DNA of 64,000 nucleotides from assembly GCA_038205245.1 (NCBI GenBank), contig JBBRCD010000002.1:113-64112 (forward strand), given 5' to 3'. Positions 14,444 through 21,393 of this stretch are shown in pieces. Each line of letters begins with the position of its first letter. The stretch's first letter is position 1. A model generated the notes under the pieces. It was not told where the DNA came from. It made no database searches and saw only the letters and a program-made list of their open reading frames with translations. The DNA is from Burkholderiales bacterium (GTDB lineage: Bacteria > Pseudomonadota > Gammaproteobacteria > Burkholderiales > CAIKXV01). The translations under genes were made by a program, and so were the position numbers.

Positions 14444-16312
14444 ATGAACACACAGGACAAGGCAGCAAGCCTCGCAGCGGCAGCTCTGGTCGCCAGTTCA
14501 GGCGTGCCCGCCTGCATCAAGCACCCGGGTCTGCTCGACTGGGTGCGCGACATGGTCGCCTTGTGCGAACCGGAGCGCATCCATTGGTGCGATGGCTCGA
14601 AAGCGGAGTACGACGCCCTGTGCGAGGCGATGATCTCGGCCGGGTCGATGTTGCGCCTGAACGCGAAGAAGCGACCCAACAGTTTCCTCGTTCGCTCCGA
14701 TCCGGCCGACGTCGCCAGGATGGAAGACCGCACCTTTGTCTGCAGCGCCAGCGCAGAGGACGCCGGCCCGAACAACAACTGGGTCGCCCCGGCCGAGATG
14801 AAGGCCACGCTGGGCGGGCTGTTCAAGGGCTGCATGCGCGGTCGCACGATGTACGTGATTCCGTTCAGCATGGGCCCGCTGGGCTCGCATATCGCGCATA
14901 TCGGCGTCGAACTGTCGGACTCGCCCTATGTGGCGGTGTCGATGCGCATCATGACCCGCATGGGCGAGAAGGTCTATGACGTGCTGGGCACTGGCGGCGA
15001 ATTCGTGCCCTGCATGCACTCGGTGGGCATGCCGCTGTCCCCGGGCGAGAAAGACATCGCCTGGCCGAGCAACCCGGAGCACAAGTACATCGTGCACTAC
15101 CCGGAAGAAAAGGCGATCTGGTCGTTCGGCAGCGGCTACGGCGGCAACGCACTGCTCGGCAAGAAGTGCTTCGCGCTGCGTATCGCTTCGATCATGGCGA
15201 AAGAGCAGGGCTGGCTCGCCGAGCACATGCTGATTCTCGGCGTGACCGCGCCCACCGGCGAGAAAAGCTATGTCGCTGCCGCCTTCCCGAGCGCTTGCGG
15301 CAAGACCAATCTGGCGATGCTGATCCCGCCCAAAGGGATGAGCGACTGGAAGGTCTCCACCGTTGGCGAAGACATCGCCTGGATCAAGCCAGGCAAGGAC
15401 GGCCGGTTGTATGCGATCAACCCGGAAGCGGGTTACTTCGGCGTAGCGCCGGGCACCTCCGCCGAGTCCAACGGCAACGCGCTGACCATGCTCGATGCCG
15501 ACACCATCTTCACCAACGTGGCCCTGACTGCAGACGGAGATGTCTGGTGGGAAGGGTTGACCAAGCAGCCTCCAAAGGAACTGATCGACTGGCAGGGGCG
15601 TCAGTGGACACCCGACTGCGGCCGCCTCGCCGCACATCCGAACTCGCGCTTCACCGTTGCCGCCACCCGCTGCCCGTCACTGGATGCCGACTGGGACAAC
15701 CCGGACGGCGTGCCGATCGACGCCTTCGTTTTCGGCGGCCGGCGCAATGACACGGTGCCCCTGGTCGCCGAGGGCTTCAACTGGAACTACGGCGTCTACA
15801 TGGCCGCGACCATGGGCTCGGAAACCACAGCAGCAGCGACCGGCAAAGTCGGCCTGGTGCGCCGTGATCCGTTCGCCATGCTGCCATTCTGCGGCTATCA
15901 CTTCGGCGACTATTTCAACCACTGGCTGCAGATCGGCCACACGATCGGCCACGCGCCGAAGATCTACTGTGTGAACTGGTTCCTGCGCGACGAGAAGGGT
16001 GGCTTCATGTGGCCCGGCTTCGGCGAGAACATGCGGGTGCTCAAGTGGATCGTCGAGCGCACCCAGGGCAAGGTCGGTGCAGTCGAGACCAGCCTGGGCT
16101 GGATGCCGCGCTTCGAGGACATGGACTTCCGCGGCCTGCCCGAGATCACCCGCGAGACCTTCGAGCAGCTGACCCGGGTGGACGCCGAACTCTGGAAGAA
16201 GGAGCTCGAGTCACATGCCGAACTGTTCGACAGCCTGAAGGCACGGTTGCCCAGGGAGATGATCCTCAAGCGCGAACTGATGAAGCTCGACCTCTGGCGC
16301 AACGCAGCCTGA
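14444..16312 (+). CDS. pckG: Phosphoenolpyruvate carboxykinase (GTP)
   Basis: ORF 14309..16312 trimmed to ATG 14444 (GGAGGAGAGG RBS). ERIHWCDGS...[13 protein letters not shown]...WIGEDIAW-type GTP-PEPCK motifs ([27 protein letters not shown]). Confidence 0.95.
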   Translation: MNTQDKAASLAAAALVASSGVPACIKHPGLLDWVRDMVALCEPERIHWCDGSKAEYDALCEAMISAGSMLRLNAKKRPNSFLVRSDPADVARMEDRTFVCSASAEDAGPNNNWVAPAEMKATLGGLFKGCMRGRTMYVIPFSMGPLGSHIAHIGVELSDSPYVAVSMRIMTRMGEKVYDVLGTGGEFVPCMHSVGMPLSPGEKDIAWPSNPEHKYIVHYPEEKAIWSFGSGYGGNALLGKKCFALRIASIMAKEQGWLAEHMLILGVTAPTGEKSYVAAAFPSACGKTNLAMLIPPKGMSDWKVSTVGEDIAWIKPGKDGRLYAINPEAGYFGVAPGTSAESNGNALTMLDADTIFTNVALTADGDVWWEGLTKQPPKELIDWQGRQWTPDCGRLAAHPNSRFTVAATRCPSLDADWDNPDGVPIDAFVFGGRRNDTVPLVAEGFNWNYGVYMAATMGSETTAAATGKVGLVRRDPFAMLPFCGYHFGDYFNHWLQIGHTIGHAPKIYCVNWFLRDEKGGFMWPGFGENMRVLKWIVERTQGKVGAVETSLGWMPRFEDMDFRGLPEITRETFEQLTRVDAELWKKELESHAELFDSLKARLPREMILKRELMKLDLWRNAA

Positions 16313-16320
16313 GCCAGAAC

Positions 16321-16552
16321 GGGGACAGACCCAGTGTGAACGGGGACAGACCCTCAGGGTCTGTCCCCAAAACCCTGTCCGGCCCAGGCCCGAGCCCGCG
16401 GGGACGGACCCTGAGGGTCTGTCCCCAAACCCGGTCCGGCCCAGGCCCGAGCCCGCGGTGACGGACCTGAGGGTCTGTCCCCAAAACCCGGTCCGGCCCA
16501 GGCCCGAGCCCGCGGGGACGGACCCTCGGGGTCTGTCACCATTGGTCTGTCC
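16321..16552. repeat. Tandem array of four 57-58 bp units, each with a 13-bp inverted repeat GGGGACRGACCCT/AGGGTCTGTCCCC (REP/BIME-like)
   Basis: Hairpins at 16342-16368, 16400-16426, 16457-16482 and 16514-16540. The conserved spacer is AAAACCCGGTCCGGCCCAGGCCCGAGCCCGC. Orphan half-sites sit at both ends. The array fills the gap between convergent pckG and the RidA-family gene. Confidence 0.85.
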
Positions 16553-16567
16553 GCAACCCTCCGACGA

Positions 16568-17032
16568 TCAGCGGCGCGGGTAGGCGGCAATCATGTCCAG
16601 CTCGACCCGCGCCCCAGGCGTCGACAACTGGTTGACGCAGACGGTCGTGCTGGCCGGCGTCCAGTCGCCGAAGGTCTGTTTCAGCACCGCGACCATGCCG
16701 TCCATGTCGCGCATGTCGGTCACATACTTGGTCACCTTGACCACGTCGGTCCAGACCAGCCCTTCATGATCGAGGATCGACTTGATCGCTGCAATCGCAC
16801 GCCGGGTCTGCTCGCCGATATCGTTCGGGTGATCATGCTCGTGCAGTTCATGCGGGTGCTTGTGGTAGAGCGGTGACGGCGTCGCGCCGGAGATGAACAG
16901 CAGGTCAGCGCCGCCGGTCACCCGCATTGCCGGCGCATAGGGCATATCGACCCGGCGCTCGGGCACGGTCTGAATCTCCTGCACGTCCGGGTTGGACGGC
17001 GAGACCTGGTGGGGCGTCGTGCGGGTCGGCAT
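16568..17032 (-). CDS. RidA/YjgF/L-PSP family protein
   Basis: ORF 16568..17365 trimmed to ATG 17032 (GGGAGA upstream). LLFISGATP...DIGEQTRRAIAAIKSILDHEGLVWTDVVKVTKYVTDMRD...GARVELDMIA matches the family pattern. The longer ORF would overlap the divergent SBP gene. Confidence 0.8.
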   Translation of the reverse strand: MPTRTTPHQVSPSNPDVQEIQTVPERRVDMPYAPAMRVTGGADLLFISGATPSPLYHKHPHELHEHDHPNDIGEQTRRAIAAIKSILDHEGLVWTDVVKVTKYVTDMRDMDGMVAVLKQTFGDWTPASTTVCVNQLSTPGARVELDMIAAYPRR

Positions 17033-17147
17033 GGACGGAGTCTCCCTGGCTGAGGCGGTGCGAACAATCGCGATCGATCCGAAAGTATACTGAGGGAACG
17101 CTGGAACAGGACTCCAGACGCCCTTCCCCGCTGAAAGGCCCGCCCAG

Positions 17148-18239
17148 ATGCGCCAGCAAACGCGCCGCAACGCCTCCCCGACCCGCCGCGCCGTGATCAA
17201 GGCGGCGGTCGCCACTGCCGCGGTTCCGGTCCTGGCTGGCGCTCCGTTCATCAATCTGCGGGCCCAGGCACCCCGGGCGAAGATCCGCATCGGCGTGGTG
17301 CCGCTGATCTCGTCCGGTCCGCTGTTCATCGCCCAGTCGCGCAACTTCTGGGAGCGCATGAACATCGAAGCCGAGTACCGCTACTTCACCGACGGCGCAC
17401 TGGCGGTACCGGCGCTGGTCGCCGGCGAACTGGACTTCACCGTCGCCACCTGCAATGCAGGCATCTTCAACACCATTTCGCGCGGTGCGCCGTTCAAGAT
17501 GATGCTCGATCGCGGCTCCGAGCGACCCGGCTCGGGTTCGATGACCATCGTGGTCAGCAACAAGCTGCACGCGGCCGGGCTGACCTCGCCCGATCGTATG
17601 TCGATGTTGAAGGGGCAGCGCCTCGGCCTGCAGGCGCCGGGCGGCATCGACCAGTTCCTGCTTGGTCGCGGCGTGCAGAAGGCCGGCCTCAATCCACTCA
17701 CCGATGTGAACTGGGTGACCGGGCTCGCCTATCCCGATCTGGTGCGCGCACTGGGCGTCGGACAGGTCGATGCCGCCAACATTCCGGTGCCGCTTGCCTT
17801 CCTCGCTGAGAAGAACGACACCGGCAAGATCGCCTTTCCCGGCTCGGACATCGAACCCGCGGCGCAGCTTGCCTGCTTCGCGTCGCCGTCGAAGCTGCTC
17901 GGCAAGGATCGCTCGCTCGCGGTGCGCTTCGCCATGGTCCACCTTCACGCCGCCCGCCAGTTCAACGCGGCAGCGCAGGCGCGCGACCCGGAGGTGATCA
18001 AGATCATCTCCACCTTCACCAAGGTGCCGGAACCGCTGATCGCGGCGGCTGCCCCCCGCTGGACCTGGTTCACCGACAACGGCATGCCGAACATCGAATC
18101 AGCGATGTTCCAGGCATCCTTCTGGTCAGCCACCATGAAGCTGTTCAGTGGCAAGGTGACCCGGGAACAGGTGTTCGAGCTCGGTGCGGCCGAGGAAGCG
18201 GTCAACCGGCTGAAAGAGAAGAATCCGCTCACCGCGTGA
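17148..18239 (+). CDS. ABC transporter substrate-binding protein (NitT/TauT, NMT1-like) with twin-arginine signal
   Basis: 363 aa. The N-terminus MRQQTRRNASPTRRAVIKAAVATAAVPVLAG is Tat-like. Followed by cognate ATPase and permease genes. Confidence 0.8.
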   Translation: MRQQTRRNASPTRRAVIKAAVATAAVPVLAGAPFINLRAQAPRAKIRIGVVPLISSGPLFIAQSRNFWERMNIEAEYRYFTDGALAVPALVAGELDFTVATCNAGIFNTISRGAPFKMMLDRGSERPGSGSMTIVVSNKLHAAGLTSPDRMSMLKGQRLGLQAPGGIDQFLLGRGVQKAGLNPLTDVNWVTGLAYPDLVRALGVGQVDAANIPVPLAFLAEKNDTGKIAFPGSDIEPAAQLACFASPSKLLGKDRSLAVRFAMVHLHAARQFNAAAQARDPEVIKIISTFTKVPEPLIAAAAPRWTWFTDNGMPNIESAMFQASFWSATMKLFSGKVTREQVFELGAAEEAVNRLKEKNPLTA

Positions 18240-18249
18240 GGCGGGCGCC

Positions 18250-18357
18250 GAGGTCAACAATGATGTCGGCCATGAGGTCCGCGGTGAAGTCGGCACTGAG
18301 GTCCGCGGTGCGGTCCGCGCTGAAGTCGGCGCTGAGGTCGCCATTCATGTCGGCAAC
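18250..18357. repeat. 12-nt periodic repeat x9 (consensus GARGTCSGCNNT) filling the spacer between the SBP and ATPase genes
   Basis: Units: gaggtcaacaat gatgtcggccat gaggtccgcggt gaagtcggcact gaggtccgcggt gcggtccgcgct gaagtcggcgct gaggtcgccatt catgtcggcaac. Confidence 0.85.
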
Positions 18358-18369
18358 GCGGGCACCGCG

Positions 18370-19200
18370 ATGAGCCCGGAAATCCGGCTGGAAGGCGTGA
18401 GCCTGGTCTACGAGGCCGATGGTGCCACCGTTCTCGCGCTGGACGATCTGCATTGCCGGTTCGCTGCCGGCCGGGTCACCGCGATCATCGGGCCGAGCGG
18501 CTGCGGAAAGAGCACGATGCTGCAGATCACCCGCGGCTTCATGGCAGCCAGCCGCGGCCGGCTGTCGTTCCATGCGCCGGACGGCACGCTGCTCGCCGCC
18601 CCGCCCCGGATGGCCACCGTCTGGCAGTCGTTCAATCTGTTTCCCTGGCGGTCGGTGGAAGACAATGTCGCCTTCGGCCTGGAAATGGCCGGGGTGGCGC
18701 GGCCGGCGCGTCTGGCGCGCGCACGCGAGGCCCTTCGCCTGGTCGATCTCAGCGGATTCGAACAGAAGTACCCGCGCCAGCTCTCGGGGGGCATGCGACA
18801 GCGGGTAGGCATGGCCCGCGCGCTGGTAATGGACCCGGACGTGCTGCTGCTGGACGAGCCGTTCGGCGCGCTCGACGCGCAGACCCGGCTGGTACTGCAG
18901 GAGCAGCTCGCCACCATGGTCGAGCGCACCGGCAAGACCGTGCTGCTGATCACCCATTCGATCGAAGAGGCGGTGCTGCTGGCCGATACCGTCTATGTGC
19001 TCACTGCCCGGCCCGGGCGGGTCGCCGCCGAGGTCGCGATCGAACTCTCGAAGCCGCGTTCGGTGGCGAGTACGCATGACCCGCGCTATGCCGGTTACTT
19101 CGAGCAGATCTACGGGTTGCTGAAGGCGGAGGTGGTGCGCTCGATGTACAGCGAGTCCGGGGCAGATTCGGCGGGCACCCGCCCAGCGGCGGCCGTGTGA
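18370..19200 (+). CDS. ABC transporter ATP-binding protein (NitT/TauT family)
   Basis: Walker A GPSGCGKST, signature LSGGMRQRVGMARAL, Walker B LLLDEPFGALD. Confidence 0.9.
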   Translation: MSPEIRLEGVSLVYEADGATVLALDDLHCRFAAGRVTAIIGPSGCGKSTMLQITRGFMAASRGRLSFHAPDGTLLAAPPRMATVWQSFNLFPWRSVEDNVAFGLEMAGVARPARLARAREALRLVDLSGFEQKYPRQLSGGMRQRVGMARALVMDPDVLLLDEPFGALDAQTRLVLQEQLATMVERTGKTVLLITHSIEEAVLLADTVYVLTARPGRVAAEVAIELSKPRSVASTHDPRYAGYFEQIYGLLKAEVVRSMYSESGADSAGTRPAAAV

Positions 19201-20003
19201 GGCAGGGCCATGCCCCCGAGGGCGATGTCGCCCTGCGTCCGGTGCGCACCGGGGCCGGTCCGGAAGACCGGTTGACCGGCTGGGTCGCAGTCGCGGTCGT
19301 GCTCATCACCTGGGAGGTGCTCTGCCGCGCGTTCGAGGTGTCCTCGCTGTATCTGCCGCGGCCGACCCAGATCGCAGTGGCGCTGTACGACCTGTTCGTG
19401 CACAAGGAGGCGCTCAAGGACCTCGCGGTCACGCTCTACCGCATCTTCGGCGGTTTCGCACTCGGTCTGGTGTTCGGCATCGCGCTCGGCCTGGCGATGG
19501 CCGTGTCCCGGCGCTTCCGCTCGGTCGCGGACGTGTTCATCGCCGCACTCTATCCGCTACCGAAGATCACGCTGATCCCGCTGCTGATCATCTGGCTGGG
19601 CACTGGTGGCCCGTTCATGCTGACCATCAGCGCACTGGGTGCGCTGTTCCCGGTGATCATCAACACATTGCTGGGCGTGCGCCAGTGCGATCCCGGACTG
19701 GTGATGACCGCCCGCGACCTGGGCGCGAGCGAGCGCCAGATCGTCCGCCATGTGTTGCTGCCGGCCGCGGTGCCATCGGTGTTCGCCGGCGCACGCCTGG
19801 GCCTCGGCGTATCGATCATCCTGGTGGTCGCCGCAGAGATGGTGGTCGGCAAGCTCGGCCTGGGCGCCCGCCTCTATCTGGCGGGCCAGGTTCTCGAGAC
19901 CGAGACGGTGTTCGCAGTCCTGGTCGTGCTGGCAATACTCGGCATCGTGGTCACCAAGGCATTGGACAGCCTGGATGCCCTGACCAGCAAGTGGCGGCTC
20001 TGA
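19197..20003 (+). CDS. ABC transporter permease (NitT/TauT family)
   Basis: 268 aa polytopic membrane protein. Its GTG start overlaps the ATPase stop (GTGTGA). EAA-like loop ...ARDLGASERQIVRHVLLPAAVP. Confidence 0.85.
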   Translation: MRQGHAPEGDVALRPVRTGAGPEDRLTGWVAVAVVLITWEVLCRAFEVSSLYLPRPTQIAVALYDLFVHKEALKDLAVTLYRIFGGFALGLVFGIALGLAMAVSRRFRSVADVFIAALYPLPKITLIPLLIIWLGTGGPFMLTISALGALFPVIINTLLGVRQCDPGLVMTARDLGASERQIVRHVLLPAAVPSVFAGARLGLGVSIILVVAAEMVVGKLGLGARLYLAGQVLETETVFAVLVVLAILGIVVTKALDSLDALTSKWRL

Positions 20004-20037
20004 GGTCAATATCGAGATCGAGATCGAGGTCGCGCCC
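20002..20037. repeat. 6/12-nt periodic repeat (gaggtcaatatc gagatcgagatc gaggtcgcgccc) starting inside the permease stop codon
   Basis: Read directly. GAGRTC hexamer core, the same core as the 18250 array. Confidence 0.6.
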
Positions 20038-20096
20038 CGCGCGCCGCGCGCCTGATATACCCCAGGCCACGACTCGTAGCGCTGTCTGCCGAGCAG

Positions 20097-21191
20097 CTAC
20101 CGGCCAAGCGCGCGTAACTGCTCGGCATAGGCACGCAGAAAGTCCCGCTGGCAGACGCGATCGATGCTGTCTGCCGACTCGCGCTCGAGTCTGGTGTAGG
20201 TTTCGACCAGCGCCTCCCAGGCATTGGCCCGCCGGTTCAGCGCCAGGGGACCAGACGATCTCGCCGCGGTCTTCTCGAAAATGTCCGGGTCGAAACGCCT
20301 GAGCATGCCCAGCACTGCAGCGCGCATGCCGGCGACCAGGGCCGCCTCATGCGCCTGCAGTTCATGCGCCGCGTCCTGCACCGCTTCTACCGGCAGCATC
20401 AGGTCGGGTCGCCGCCGGGCGGGATCGATCAGGTAGCGCACTGCTTCTGCCGGGTTGGATATCATCCTGAGCGGGTTGCGCTCATGCCCAGAGACCTTCG
20501 TCGAGTCGTTGGCCTGCAGGTCGCGCCTGGCCTCGCTACGGGCCAGCATCAGTTGCATCTGCGCCTCGACCAGTGCCTGCAGCACTGCGCCAGCCTGCTC
20601 GAGAAACTCATCGGCCAGGTCATCCGGAATCTGCAGATAGCCAAGATTGCTGCCACGCAGAAACGCAGCCACACCCCGCCTGGACGCGTCTGCCTGGGCG
20701 CGCCGCTTCGCTGGCAGGCTGGTCTGTTCATCCAAGGTGGAGTCGCCGACCGCGTTGACGAAGCCGGCTGCCAGGGCAGGTCCCTCGGCCAGCGCAGGCC
20801 GAGATGCCGGGGCAGGCCCTTCTGCCGGGGCAGGCCCATCCGCCAGCGCCGGTTCGGCGTTGCCCTCTGGCAGCGGCGCCGCTGCCTGCCCCACCATGTC
20901 GATTACCAGTTCGAACGGCGACATGGTAATGCGCGACCCATCGGCCACCGGCCGCGTCTGCCCGGTACGCATCACCTGTCCATCGACCAGCACCGGGTTG
21001 ACCCGCGAATGCACGGTGAGCTGCCAGCTGCCATCGACCCGCTCGAGGGTCGCATGCAGCCTGGAAATATGCCGGGCCTGGTCGTTGAGAACCACGGCTG
21101 ACTTCTCGTCCCGGCCGATGGTCAGCAGCGACGCGTTCGAGCGGACCTCGTTTGCCAGCGTGCCGGCGTCGTACACCTGGATCAACAGCAT
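20097..21191 (-). CDS. FHA-domain protein with TagH (T6SS Fha1/VasC)-like C-terminal domain
   Basis: N-terminal FHA: LLTIGRDEKSAVVLNDQARHISRLHATLERVDGSWQLTVHS..NPVLVDG. Ala/Pro/Gly linker. The C-terminus AFLRGSNLGYL...FLEQAGAVLQALVEAQMQLMLARSE...ERNPLRMI...AVRYLI...HELQAHEAALVAGMRAAVLGMLRRFDP...FLRAYAEQL follows the remembered TagH C-domain pattern. This has not been confirmed with an HMM. Confidence 0.75.
   Translation of the reverse strand: MLLIQVYDAGTLANEVRSNASLLTIGRDEKSAVVLNDQARHISRLHATLERVDGSWQLTVHSRVNPVLVDGQVMRTGQTRPVADGSRITMSPFELVIDMVGQAAAPLPEGNAEPALADGPAPAEGPAPASRPALAEGPALAAGFVNAVGDSTLDEQTSLPAKRRAQADASRRGVAAFLRGSNLGYLQIPDDLADEFLEQAGAVLQALVEAQMQLMLARSEARRDLQANDSTKVSGHERNPLRMISNPAEAVRYLIDPARRRPDLMLPVEAVQDAAHELQAHEAALVAGMRAAVLGMLRRFDPDIFEKTAARSSGPLALNRRANAWEALVETYTRLERESADSIDRVCQRDFLRAYAEQLRALGR
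20769..20840. repeat. 18-nt tandem repeat x4 (two near-perfect copies tgccggggcaggccc[t/a]tc) inside the FHA-protein linker
   Basis: Encodes the (A/P)EGPA(P/L) hexapeptide repeats in ...ADGPAPAEGPAPASRPALAEGPALAAG... Confidence 0.7.
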
Positions 21192-21393
21192 CGGTCGGGA
21201 CAGAAGCTCAGCGCCAATAATTTCATTTCTGGCCTTCGATCATTACCGTAAACTACGGGTTTATCAAGCGCTCCGATGCCGTTGGCTGCGTCGTTGGCAA
21301 TACAGTTGTCTGCGAAGCTGTTTGCGCAGTTTTTGTTTACGCTGATGATGCGCGCCAGCGCGTGGTCCAATCGCCTCTCGAGCCTGCAGATCC

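Noticed and set aside
16321-16552. Possible CRISPR array (regularly spaced palindromic repeats)
   Set aside because: The whole 57-58-bp unit repeats, including the would-be spacer. There are only four copies, no unique spacers and no cas genes. It fits a REP/BIME-like element better.
16905-17948. 347-aa minus-strand ORF, and the 265-aa form of the RidA-family ORF (16568..17365)
   Set aside because: Both overlap the well-supported Tat-signal SBP gene on the opposite strand. The RidA homology begins only after ATG 17032.
18229-19077. 282-aa minus-strand ORF opposite the ABC ATPase
   Set aside because: It is antisense to a gene with clear Walker A, signature and Walker B motifs. Its C-terminus is the translated 12-nt repeat.
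20087-20127. 10-bp stem (tgccgagcag ... ctgctcggca) as a bidirectional terminator between the ABC operon and the FHA gene
   Set aside because: The loop is about 21 nt, no T-run follows on either strand, and the stem spans the FHA-gene stop codon. The evidence is too weak to call.
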